A stretch of DNA of 64,000 nucleotides from Squalus acanthias (Eukaryota). Location: the NCBI GenBank assembly GCA_030390025.1, contig JASTWF010000048.1, positions 1,984,001 through 2,048,000 on the forward strand. The letters run 5' to 3'. The notes under the pieces are model-generated. The model worked only from the letters and a program-made list of their open reading frames with translations. It was not told the DNA's origin and did no database searches. Both the position numbers and the translations under genes were made by a program. This document shows positions 48,781 through 60,803 of this stretch, one piece after another (the stretch's first letter is position 1; each line of letters begins with the position of its first letter).

Positions 48781-48915
48781 CCTTCCACGGATATTGTCTG
48801 TGCCGGACCATGTTAGGGTTACTGACAGACTTCACAGAGCATTTCAGGTCCACACGCTCCCGAGGTAATTTGGAGACAGCGGCGGGAGTCTGGCGGATAC
48901 TCTGTGAGCTCACAT
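48781..48915 (-). pseudogene. Family-1 V relic (copy 3)
   Basis: Same truncation point as 9201 and 37357. Confidence 0.85.
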
Positions 48916-50075
48916 CTGGGAAAGAGACGGGCAGAGAAGGAGGTCAGTAAACTGGGTCATTCGGGCAATGGGGAAAGGGAGCACGAGCTAAAGAAAGAAA
49001 GAGAGATAGATAGAAAGAAATAAAGTAAATGGAGGTTGTCAGCAATAATTATTGTTTGAAAATCTCTCTTCAGGTGGATCAAGTTCAGCAGACACAGAAA
49101 CAGATAAATCTTTTATTTTAATGTTTAATTCTAATGAGGGAAGGAGCGAGAGCAGGAGCATTGAGTGTTGCGAGGAGACAAAGCGCTCTTTTCAAAGCAT
49201 TGAGAAAAACATGAAGAGCATAAGGAAGCAATAGAAGGACGGTTACACCCTCTTACTCCAGTACAAACAATCGGAACCGACGTGTTTGCCAATGTCTCCC
49301 CCTTTCTCTCTCTGTCTTTTAATATCACTCTCTCTTTTTCTCTCTCGCTGTTCACCCGGCTCTCTATCTGCATCTCTCCCTGTCTGGCTTTGTATGTTTT
49401 GTCTCTCTCGCTCTATGTCTCTCTGTACATGTGTGTGTCTCTCTATGTCTGTCTTTCTGTGTATCTCCCTCTTGTCTCTCAGTCTATCTCTCTCTCTCTG
49501 TCTCACTTTATCTCCTGTCTCTCGCTCTCTGTATCTCTTTCTCTCTGTCTCTCTTTCACTTGCTTTCTCTCGATCTCTGCCTCTCTCTTTCCTCTCTCTG
49601 TCTCTCTTTCGTCTCTCTGTCTCTCTTTCATTAGCTTTCTCTCTCTCTTTGTCTCTCTCTTTCCTCTCTGTCTCTGTCTCTGTCTCTGTCACTCCCTCAC
49701 TCACAAACTCTCTCTCTCTCGCTTTTTCTCTCTACTAAAGCAAACTGAATTGAAAGATAAACGTGGGCTGACCAGAGCTGATCTCCAGACTCAGACGATG
49801 GAACAGGAGTGAGAGACACGCGGTCCCACACACTTCCATCAACCTCCGTTCCTCCTGACACTTCTAAAAGTGCACGGATTGGTTACTCGTTGCAGGGCGG
49901 GGATGACGTATGATGTCAGACGTCGACGCCTCACTACCTTGTCCCAAGTCATTTAATGCGTGGAGGGCAGAGTTGGGAATAAGGGATGCGAGGGGAGGGA
50001 GAGGATGGCGTAGGAAAGTACAGAGGAGAGGAGTGGAAGGAGAGAAGGAGAAATCAAGCACTGAACTAATAGCTA

Positions 50076-50095
50076 GTGCTGCTACCTGGTGGCGG
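50076..50095 (-). promoter_or_regulatory. CTCF motif CCGCCACCAGGTAGCAGCAC, 34 bp beyond nonamer
   Basis: One core mismatch (GGC>AGC). Confidence 0.55.
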
Positions 50096-50129
50096 AAAAT
50101 GAGCACTGAGCTCCCATTCATCCGCTGCA

Positions 50130-50168
50130 GGGTTTTGTAGCTGGGGAGCCGCATTCTCAAACGCTGTG
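50130..50168 (-). other. 23-RSS (CACAGCG-23-ACAAAACCC)
   Basis: Abuts YYCACST. Confidence 0.85.
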
Positions 50169-51090
50169 CGGTACTACAAGCACAGTAATAGACAGCGGTG
50201 TGAGACGGAGAGGCGGCGCTCAGTTCCAAAGTAAACAGCGTAGTGCTGATTCTTTCGGCCTTAAAAGACTCGGCCGTGTAGCTCGTAACAGGACCAGCTC
50301 CAGCAGAATAGAACAGAGCTTCTAGTGCCCGGTCGGGTTGTTGTCTGTACCAGAACATTACGGGACGGCCAGTATTCGTCAGCGTGCATCTGAGCGTGGT
50401 CGGCTCTCCTGCTCCAATCGATAGGACAGAAGGCGACTGATCCACGTACAAGGCGAGTATTCCTGTCGAGTGTTACATTGATTAGTTACTTATTTTTGTC
50501 AATAATTGATTAGAGCGCCGGCTACAGAGAAAGAGAACTTCCATTCATAAAGCTGCATTCACGAGCACAGAAAGTCGCAAACCTCTTTACAACCAATGAA
50601 GTACTGATTAAAGTGTAGTCATTGTTGTAATGAAGGAAAGGAGACAGCCAATTTGAGCGCAGCAAGCTCCCACATACTGCATTGAAATAAATGACCATTA
50701 CATTTGTTTTTTGGTGTTTGTTGTGGGATAAATGTTGGCACAGGACACCGGCGACAACTTCGCTGCTCTTCCTCCAATAGTGCCCTGGGATCATTTACAT
50801 CCACCTGAGAGGGCAGCTCAGTTTAACGCCTTATCCGAAAGATGGCACTTCCGAAAGTGCAGCACTCCCTCAGCGCTGGTCCCGGGAGTATCAGCGTATA
50901 TTATGTGCTCAAGTCTCAGGAGTAAGACTGAAACCCATAACCTCTGATTCCGAGGAAAGGTTTCTACCAGCTGAACACGAGCTGACATTATAGTACATTA
51001 TTCCACAAAGACCTCTGCATAAGTTTGTTAATCTGACTTACGTGGGATCAGCGTCACCATCAACGTTAGATAATGAGCTTCATGAAACAT
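50169..51090 (-). CDS. TRBV: TCR V gene, family 2, intact; L 51090-51042, V 50462-50169
   Basis: MFHEAHYLTLMVTLIP|RILALYVDQSP...CTLTNTGRPVMFWYRQ...YYCACST; Deu-SINE in intron (~50537-50987); ETS-CRE at 51209-51223. Confidence 0.88.
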
Positions 51091-53365
51091 GATTTATTCA
51101 TTCGACACTGGCTCGCTGTGTGATCGGGTGTAGCTGAATTCCACGTCTAAAGGCAGTTTCTCTGTTGGATCTGATTAAAAACGAAGCATCCGGTTGGAAA
51201 TGTCACTCTTACGTCACTTCCTGTGTAACCCACGCTCCATCCCATTCGTTCGGTAGTTTAGCAAATTCGCAGAACCGGACAGCACAGAAGGTTAAGGAGA
51301 GAACTAATACAGATGTTCAAAATTAAGAAGGGTTTTGATAGACTTGATAGGGAGAAGCGATATCGACTGGCAGGAAATCGTAAACCAGAGGGCACAGATT
51401 TAAAATAATGGGCAAAAGAACCAGCGGGGAGATGAGGAAATCCAAATGTTATTAAACAGAGAGTTTTCATGATGTGGAATGTATTGCCTGAACGGGCAGT
51501 GGACACAGATTCAATAATAACTTTCAAAAGTGAATTAGATATAAACTTGAAAAAGAAAGCGCTCACAGGTCTATGGGGAATGAGCAGGATAGCGGGACTA
51601 AATTAATAGGAGCGACCAAAACTAAGGGTCACAAATATAAAATAAACACTGATAAATCCAACAGAGAATTCAGGAGTAATATCTTTACCCAAAGTTAGCT
51701 GGGAATGTAGAACTTGATACCACATGTAGCGGTAGAGGGAAGTAGCATAAATGAATTTAAGCGGAAGGTAGATAAGTATTTGAGGGAGGAAGGAATAGAA
51801 GGATATGATGATGGGGTGGTCGAAGAGGCGTGGGATGAAACCCGAGGGGGTCTCGTTGGGTAGGTTTTCGAAGAGACGGCACAGGCGCGATGGGCCGAAT
51901 GGCCTCCTTCTGTGCTGTACGTTTTTATGCTTCTATAAGACACGCAACATTGTTGGGACAAAGTGCTCTCCTGTTTCAGGCAGTGCGGGTTTCAGCTCCT
52001 GTGTGCTGAACGAGAATTCAAGGGTTACATTTTTTACTGGGTTGAATTCGCAGAATCATTGAGAAACACATCAAAAGGTCCCTAGAGCCTGATAGAGAAG
52101 CGGCTAAACGGTTGTGAACAGATGCTGAAACTGCCGTAATGAGGCAGGTGTCCCGGTGACAAACGTATCTAGAGGCGCATCTCGACTTTGCACAGTGTAA
52201 TAGTGCGGTGACACGTTTAAGGATTCTATGATTAACAATTTCCTATTGGGGTGAGATAGTTCAACTTAGAGCAGAGAAGATTAAGGGGAGAATTGATAGA
52301 GGTGTTCAAAATCATGAAGGTTTTGATGGCGTAATTAAGGGGAAATTGTCTCCAGTGGCCGCAGGGTCGGTAACAAGAGGAGACAGATAAAAGGTGATTG
52401 ACAGAAGAACCAGAGGGGGAGATGAGGAGAATGTGTTTACTCTGCGAGTTGTTATGATCTGGAAAACAACATCTGAAAGGACGGTGGAAGAAGGTTCAAC
52501 AGTAACTTTCAAAAGTGAATTGGGAAAATCTTGAGGGGAAAATTTACAGGGCTAAGCGGAAAGAGAAGGAGGACTGGGACTAATCGGGCAGCTCTTTCAA
52601 AGAGCCGGCGGAGTCACAATGGGCCGACTGGAATCCATCTGTGCTCCATCTGTGGTGCATCATTCTAAGGTTCTATGATAATCAGCGCATCTCTGGTCAC
52701 TAAAGCAATCCGACGAATCGGGGAGGGTTCTGCACCCCACCTGCTGAGGTGATCCTGGGAATTATTCAGAGGAAAAATCGCGAGGTACGTGTGACTCCTT
52801 CCCATTTTCCTTTGTCCGCTCTTTCAACTCTGCTGTTAACCAATTTAACCCTCCGCCTCAAGTATCTTAAGGGAAAGGACATCCACACCATTAATACAGC
52901 ATGCTTATTGAATAATAATCAATTGAATTCATCAAAGGTGACAGAGAGTAAGAAGATAGATAGATAGATAGATAGAATCAGAGAGAGAGATAAATAGAGA
53001 GATAGATATGTTCCCTCTCTCCCGATCTATCTATCANNNNNNNNNNNNNNNNNNNNNNNNNNNNNNNNNNNNNNNNNNNNNNNNNNNNNNNNNNNNNNNN
53101 NNNNNNNNNNNNNNNNNNNNNNNNNNNNNNNNNNNNNNNNNNNNNNNNNNNNNNNNNNNNNNNNNNNNNNNNNNNNNNNNNNNNNNNNNNNNNNNNNNNN
53201 NNNNNNNNNNNNNNNNNNNNNNNNNNNNNNNNNNNNNNNNNNNNNNNCGGACGGGCTGAGAGATAGGGCTCAGATGTTTAAATTATGAAGGCAGGCTGAG
53301 GATTAATTGGAACTTTCAAGACTGAGATTGATAGATATGTGTTGGGTAAAGGTATCTAGGTAGAT

Positions 53366-55101
53366 AAGTATATCAAGAGGAAAAGACTGGTGAAAACCAA
53401 AGTTGGCCCATTGCAGTCAGATACGGGGGAATATATAACGGGAAATAAGGAAATGGCAGACCAACTAAATGCATACTTTGGGTCAGTCTTTACGAAGGAA
53501 GACACAAAAAACCTCCCCAGGGCCTGATAACATGCATCCTAGGGTGCTGAAGGAGGTGGCCCTAGAGATAGCGGATGCACTAAGTATGATTTTTCAGAAT
53601 TCATTAGACTCGGGAACAGTGCCCATCGATTGGAGGGTAGCTAACGTTACCCCACTATTCAAAAAGGGGGGTAGGGGAAAAGCAGGTAATTACAGACCTG
53701 TAAGCCTTACATCAGTTGTGGGCAAAATGCTGGAGTCCATCATTAAGGATGAAATAGCGGAGCACTTAGCAAATGGGGACAGGATAGGACAGAGTCAACA
53801 TGGATTTACAAAGGGTAAATCGTGCTTGACTAATCTATTGGAATTTTTTGAGGGAGTAACTGGTAAAATAGATGGGGGAGGGCCAGTAGATGTGGTGTAC
53901 CTGGACTTCCAAAAGGCCTTCGATAAGGTCCCACATAAAAGATTAGCAGGGAAAATTGAAGCTCATGGGATAAAGGGGAAATTATTGACGTGGATAGAGA
54001 ACTGGCTGTCAGATAGAAAACAGAGAGTTGGAATAAACGGCTCATTTTCTGAATGGCAGGCAGTAACAAGTGGGGTACCACAGGGATCTGTCCTTGGTCC
54101 CCAGCTGTTCACAATTTACATTAATGACCTGGATCAGGGAGTCGGATGCAGCATTTCCAAATTTGCAGACGACACTAAACTAGGAGTGGGGGGGTGGGCT
54201 CAGAGGAGGAGACCAGGAAGCTCCAGAGCGATTTGGACAGACTGGGTGATTGGGCGGATAAATGGCAGATGCACTATAATGTGGACAAGTGCGAAGTTAT
54301 CCACCTTGGGTGCAGGAACGGGAGGGCAAATTATTATTTAAATGGCAATAAATTGGGAGAGGGGGAAGTACAGAGAGACCTGGGTGTTCTTGTACACCAG
54401 TCACTGAAGGCGAGCATGCAGGTGCAACAGGCGGTCAAGAAGGCAAACGGTATGCTGGCCTTCATAGCAAAAGGGTTGGAATACAGGAACAGGGATACCT
54501 TGCTGCAGCTGCACAGGGCACTGGTGAGACCACACCTCGAGTACTGTGTACAGTTTTGGTCGCCTCATCTGAGGAAAGATGTTCTTGCCATGGAGGGGGT
54601 GCAGCGGCGATTCACCAGGCTGATACCAGGAATGGCGGGATTGACCTATGAGGAGAGACTATGTAGTTTAGGGATGTACACACTGGAGTTTAGAAGATTC
54701 AGAGGGGACCTCATAGAAGTGTATAAAATTCTGACAGGTCTAGACAGACTAGATGCAGAAGAAATGTTTCCCTTGGCGGGTGAGAACAGAACTAGAGGAC
54801 ATAATTTAAGGATAAGGGCTAAACCATTTAGGACAGAAATGAGGGGGAATTTCTTCACTCAGAGGGTGGTGAACCTGTGGAACTCATTGCCAAAGAGGGC
54901 AGTGTACGCCAGCTCATTAAATATATTTAAGAGGGAATTAGATATATTTCTACAGGCAAAAGGGGTTAAGGGTTACGGAGAGAAGGCGGGGACGGGATAC
55001 TGAATTGGAGGATCAGCCATGATCTCATTAAATGGCGGAGCAGGCTCGAAGGGCCGGGTGGCCTACTCCTGCTCCTATCTTCTATGTATCTATGTATCTA
55101 T
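53366..55101 (+). mobile_element. Young 5'-truncated CR1 LINE with near-complete RT domain (one frameshift at ~54190)
   Basis: SPGPD...[12 protein letters not shown]...QHGF...[11 protein letters not shown]...[10 protein letters not shown]...FADDTK; (TATCTATG)n tail; apparent TSD gtagat at 53360-53365 and 55102-55107; empty site in paralog at ~15655. Confidence 0.93.
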
Positions 55102-55421
55102 GTAGATGGAGCAACGGTGAGTAGATGGAGTTGAGACATACATCAGCCATTATCTAATTGAATGGGAGTTCAGGCTCGAGCGGCTCAATTGCCTCCTTTT
55201 TTTCCTAGGTAACAGGCTCGAGTAGTTACCCGGCCTTCTCCTGTCGCTGTGTAACTGGTTCGATTGCCATATTTCCACTTCCTGCTCTTACGTAACGTGC
55301 TAGAGGAATGTATGACCTCTTCCTGTTCCTGTTAAACAGGCGCAATGGGATTGAATGTCCTCCTCTTAATCCTGTCTTCAGAGCAAAACATATGTAATCA
55401 ACGAAGTGTTTCGTGGTCCTA

Positions 55422-55439
55422 GAGCGCCATCTCCTGGCC
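55422..55439 (-). promoter_or_regulatory. CTCF motif GGCCAGGAGATGGCGCTC (best match in window)
   Basis: Near-consensus; downstream of pseudogene V56300. Confidence 0.7.
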
Positions 55440-55692
55440 CCGGGGAGAACGCAAACACGGGTTTCAGTGTGTAAAATCCACCAGTCTTTTTATTTTAGTT
55501 CCTTCTTTATATCTTCCTCTCATTATTTCTACCATTCTTCTAGTCTTTCTTTCGTTCTCTCTTTCTTTCAATCCTTTTTTTCTTTCTTGATATCTATTGC
55601 TTTTTTTCTATCCATCTAACTTTCATTCTATCATTCTGCAGTACATCTAACTTAATCTTTCTTTGCACCTTCTTCGGTTCCTTTATATCTAA

Positions 55693-55985
55693 TGGTCATA
55701 GAGGTAGGCTTTAAGGAGCGTCTTAAAGGACGATAGAGAGGTAGCGAGGCGGAGATTTTTAGCGAGGGAATTCCAGTGCTTAGGGCCGAGGCAACAGAAG
55801 GCACAGCCACCAGTGGTTGAGCGATTATTGTCAGGGATGCTAAGGAGGGCAGAATTCGAGGAGCGCAGATATCTCGAGCGGTTGTGGGGCAAAAGGAGAT
55901 TACAGAGATAGGGAGGGCCGAGGCCATGGAGGGATTTGAAAACAAGGATGAGAATTTTGAAATCGAGGCGCTGCTTAACCGGAAG
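55693..55985 (-). mobile_element. L2/CR1-clade LINE 3' fragment
   Basis: Peptide RYLRSSNSALLSIP...GGCAFCCLGPKHWNSL...SLSSFKTLLKAYLY resembles L2 ORF2 C-terminus; absent from paralog at ~16320. Confidence 0.65.
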
Positions 55986-56299
55986 CCAATCTTGAAGATC
56001 TCTATCAGGTCACCCCTTAGCCTTCTCCTTTCTAGAGAAAAGAGATCCAGCCTGTTCAGCCTTTCATAAATTCTCAGTTCTGGTATCATTCTTGTTATTC
56101 CTGATTTTCAGTTTCTTCAGTGCCTTTACATCTACTCTCTCTCGTTAAATCAAACCCGTCTCCTCTTCTTCTCAAAAGCACGGTCTTTCTCCAAAATAAA
56201 CCAAGCAGGACGCAGCACCGCGCGGTTTTATATTAAACAATTGTTTCCTGCCGCCTTTCGAGTATTTTTTGAGCTCTTCCATCTCTCTGAGTCAATGTG

Positions 56300-56484
56300 A
56301 AGACTCCAGGCGCAGTAATACACGGTCGAGTCATTCGCCCGCAGGCTGGTGGACTTCAGGTTGAAGTTGTAGTCATTCGGTCGCTCGGCGGTAAAACCAT
56401 CCACCCCCACCTCTGCAGTTACACTTTGTACAGTTAGGGACATAAACATCAACTGCAGCTCCTTCGCTGGATATCAGTTCACGT
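56300..56484 (-). pseudogene. Family-1 V pseudogene: ~111-bp FR1-CDR1 deletion, acceptor lost, leader deleted, degenerate RSS
   Basis: 185-nt remnant ending STVYYCAWS; heptamer CACATTG; nonamer AAAAATACT. Confidence 0.88.
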
Positions 56485-57574
56485 TTGAGAAAGAGTCGGG
56501 GAGGAGGTCAATAAACAGGGACATTCGTGGCAATGGAGAAAGAAAGAAAGAAAGAAATAGAGACAGAAATAAAGAATGAAAGAAAGAGAAACGTAAGAAA
56601 GAATAGAAGGAAGAAAACCTAAAGAAAGGTTGTTAACAGGAATTATTTTTTGAAATAGTCCCTTATGTGACAGACTACGTAGACTAGGCTTGTAGTCCAT
56701 TGAGTATAGAAGATTGAGCAGTGATCCTACTGAGGTGCTTAAAATGTTAAAAGTATTGGAGACTGTAGATAGAGAGAAGGTATTCCCTCTGGTGAGGGGC
56801 AGTCCAGAACTAGGGGCCATCAGCTGAGCATTAAAGCGAGGCCGAACAAGAGTCATATCGGGAGGCACCTCTTGACACAAAGGATAATGAAAATCTGCAG
56901 TTCTCTCGCCCAAAGTGCTGTTGAGGGCAGAGGTCAGCTGGAGATTTAAAAACTTCGATTTTTGTTGGGTAAAGGTATCATGGGTTATGGAACCAGCTGG
57001 AGTTTTGGTTCCGATACTGAACACCACACTATCGGAAGTATATGAAGCCTTTAGAGAGGGTGCAGAGGAGATTTAATAAATGGTACCAGGGACAAGGGTC
57101 TTCAGTCACATTCAGAGACTAGAGAAGATGGGATTGTTCTCCTTCGGGCGGAGATGATTAAGGGGGCATTTAATGGAAGTGTTCAAAATCGTGAAGTGTT
57201 TTGTTGGAGTAAATCAGGAGAAACTGTATTCAGTGGCAGTAGCGTCGGTCACCAGTGGGCACAAATTTGAGGACCGGATAAGGCTATAATGATGTTTTTT
57301 TTTAAATTGTAGAGCGAGCTGTTCTGGTTTGGGATGCACTGCCCGAATAGGTGGAGGAAGCAAATTCAATTATAACTTTCCAAAGACAATTGGATACACA
57401 CTTGAAGCGGGACGTTTACTGGGCTGTGGGGCAAAGGCACGGGAATCGGACTAATTTGATAGCTCTTTGAAAGCCCCGGTACAGGAAGGTTGGGCAGAAA
57501 GAACTCCTTCCGTGCTGTATCAGTCTATGATTCTATGACGTGGTGGCAGAATATTTGCACGGAAATAAGGTCTA

Positions 57575-57594
57575 GTGCTGCCACCAGGCGGCGG
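57575..57594 (-). promoter_or_regulatory. CTCF motif CCGCCGCCTGGTGGCAGCAC, 34 bp beyond nonamer
   Basis: Positional paralog of 10456, 38614 and 50076. Confidence 0.6.
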
Positions 57595-57628
57595 GAAATG
57601 AGCATTTAACTCCCATTCATCCGCTGCA

Positions 57629-57667
57629 GGTTTTTGTAGCTGGGGTGCCGCGTTCTCAAACGCTGTG
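57629..57667 (-). other. 23-RSS (CACAGCG-23-ACAAAAACC)
   Basis: Abuts YYCACSI. Confidence 0.9.
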
Positions 57668-58542
57668 CGATACTACAAGCACAGTAATAGACAGCGCTGT
57701 GAGACGGAGAGGCGGCGCTCAGTTCCAAAGTAAACAGCGTAGTGCTGCTTCTTTCTGCCTTAAAAGAGTCGGCCGTGTATTTCGTAACAGCACCTGCTGT
57801 AGCAGAATAAAAAAGAGCTTCTAATTCCCGGCCGGGTTGTTGTCTGTACCAGTACATTTGGTTATAGCCAGTATTCGTCAGCGTGCATCTGAGCGTGGTC
57901 GACTCTCCTGCTCCAATCGATAGGACAGAAGGCGACTGGTCCACGTACGAGGCGAGTATTCCTGTCGAATGCAACATCGATTAGTTTCTTGTTTTTGTCA
58001 ATTATTTAGAGCGCGGACTACAGAAAAAAAGAACTTCCATTCATTAAGCGCATTCAAGACCTCAGAAAGTCACAAAGCTCATTACAACCAATGATGTACC
58101 GATTAAAATGTAGTCATTGTTGTAATGTCGGAAAGGAGGCAGCCAATGTCATCACAGCAAGCTCCCAGTTACTGCATTGAAACAAATGGTTAATATTGGC
58201 CCAGAACACCGGCGGCAACTTCGCTGCTCTTCTTCATGGGATCATTTAATGTCCACCTGAGAGGGCAGCTCGGTTTAACGCCTTATCTGAAAGATGGCAC
58301 CTCCGATAGTGCAGCACTCCCTCAGTGCTGGTCTCGGCAGTATCAGCATAGATTTTATACTCAAGCGTCAGGAGTAAGACTCCAACCCAAAACTTTTGAT
58401 TCAGAGGCAGGTTTTCTACCAGCTGAACAAGAGCTGACATTATAATACATTAAACTACAAAGACCCCTGCATAAATTTGTTAATTTGACTTACGTGGGAT
58501 CAGTGCCACCATCAACGTTAGATAATAAGCTTCATGAAACAT
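57668..58542 (-). CDS. TRBV: TCR V gene, family 2, intact; L 58542-58494, V 57961-57668
   Basis: MFHEAYYLTLMVALIP|RILASYVDQSP...CTLTNTGYNQMYWYRQ...YYCACSI; Deu-SINE in intron (~58033-58440); CRE kept but ETS core GGAA>GGAG at 58661-58675. Confidence 0.88.
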
Positions 58543-60393
58543 GATTTATTTATTCGACACTGGCTCGCTGTTGGATCGAGTATAGCTCAATACCACTTTT
58601 AAAGCCAGTTCGTCAGTTCGATCTGATTAAATACGAAGCTTCCGGTTGTAATTGTCACTCATACGTCACCTCCTGCGTAGCCAACGCTTCATCCCATTCC
58701 TTCGGTAGTTCAGCAACGTCATACAATCCTGCAGCACAGAAGGTTAAGGAGAGAACTAATAGACGTGTTCAAAATTACGAATGGTTTTGACAGAGTTGAT
58801 AGGAAGAGACTATATCCACTGGCAGGAGGGCACAGATTTAAGATAATTAGCAGTAGAACCAACGGGGAGATGAGGGGACATAAATGTTATTACAGACAGT
58901 TGTCATGATCTGGAATGCATTGCCTGAAATTGCGGTGGAAGCAGATTCAATAATAACTTCCCAAAAGGGAATTGGATATAAACTCGATAAGGAAAAAAAA
59001 AAGGGCTATGGGGAGAGAGCAGAGGAGTAAGACTCAATGAATAAGAGGGACCAAAACTAGGGACGTTATGAGATATACACTAATTAATCCAATAGGGAAT
59101 TCAGGAGAAACCTCTTTATCCAAAGTGTGGTGAGAATCTGGAACTTGCTAACACGTGGAGTGGTTGAGCCAAATAGCATCGTTGCATTTAAGGGGAAGCT
59201 AGAAAGTACATGAGAGAGAAAGTAATAGAAGGTTATGTTAATGGTTGTATTGAAGAGGGATATGACGAAGCCCGGGGGGTTAAATTGGATAGGTCTTCAA
59301 AAGAGCCGGATCGGACCCGATGTGCCGAATGGCCTCCTTCAGTGCTGTCGGATTCTGATTCTAGGAAAAACGGAAAGTTGCAGAGAAAAAATGTTCTCGT
59401 GTTACATGCCGTGCAGGTTTCAGTTCCTATGTGCTGAACGAGAATTCAAGGGTTAAATTTATTGCTGGGCTGAATTCGCAGATTCTTTGAAAAGCACATC
59501 AAAAGGCACTTCGAGTCTGATAGAGAACTGTTTAAACGGTTTTCAACAGATTCTGAAACTGCCTTCATGAGACAGGTGTCCCGGATACAAACATATCTGA
59601 AGATGCGTCTCGCCTTCGCACAGTGTGAAACATCGGTGAGATGTTTAAGGGCTCTAACATTAACTGTTTCCTAATTGTATGGGGTGTTCTCCTTAGAGCA
59701 GAGAAGGTTAGGCCTAGATTTACCAGAATGGTAGCAGGGATGAGGGACTTCAGTTTTGTGGAGAGACTGGAGAAGCCGGGATTGTTCTCTCTACAGCAGT
59801 GAAGGTTAAGGGGAGATTTAATAGAATTAGTCAAAACGATGAAGGATTTTGATAGAGTAAATACGGAGAAACTGTTTCCACTGGCAGAAGGTTCGGTAAC
59901 CAGAGGTCACAGCTTAAAAATAAGTGGAAAGAGAACCAGAGGGCGAGATAAGTAGAATTCTTATACTCAGCAGGTTATGTTCTGGAATGCACTGCTTGGA
60001 AGTGTGGTGGAAACAGATTCTTTCACAGAGCCAGCACAGACTGGATGGGTCGAATGGCTTCCTGTTGTGTTGTATAATCGGAGCAAATGCTGTTAGATAG
60101 ATGGAAGATACACATCACCCATGATCTAATTGGCTAGCAAAGCAGAGTCGAGAGGTGGAATGTCCCCCTCTTGTTCCGGTGCAACAGGCTGGAGTGGCTG
60201 TGTGGGGCTCCTCTAGTTACTGTGTAACAGGCTCGTGTGGCTGAATGGGCATACTTCTGTACCTGTGTATACGGTCTCGAGGAGGCTTAATTGCCTTCCC
60301 CTGTTCCTATGTAACAGGCGCAAGGGGACTGAATGGTCTCCTTCTGTTCCATATTAAACAATATTACAAGCAACCGTGTGGTTCATGCACCTA

Positions 60394-60411
60394 GAGTGAC
60401 CTCTTCAGTCT
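60394..60411 (-). promoter_or_regulatory. Weak CTCF-like motif AGACTGAAGAGGTCACTC
   Basis: Positional paralog downstream of V60804. Confidence 0.35.
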
Positions 60412-60764
60412 CTGTGGGAAAGAAAACACAGTGTCAGTGTGTGAAAGCACGACAGTCTTTTTACTTCATTTCCTTCTTTTTATCTTAGTTTCTTCTTCCT
60501 TTCTTTCTGTCTTTCTGTCTTCCTTTCTCGCTGGTTTCTTTCTTTACAACATTCTTTTTTTCTATCTTACTTTCGTTCTATCGCTTTTCACTATATTTAT
60601 TTCATTCTTTCCAGCTTCTCAGTGCCTTTTTTAATCTAATTTCTCACTTTTATTCTAGCCCGTCTATTCTTCTTGTCAAACACTCGTTCGCTGTGCAAAA
60701 TAAACCCAACGCGACGCGGCACCGAGCGGTTTTATCTTAAACAGGTGTTTTCTGCAGCCTTTGG

Positions 60765-60803
60765 GGTTTTTGTTGAGCTCCTCCATCTCAATGAGTCAAT
60801 GTG
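60765..60803 (-). other. 23-RSS (CACATTG-23-ACAAAAACC)
   Basis: CAC intact, position 5 variant. Confidence 0.85.
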
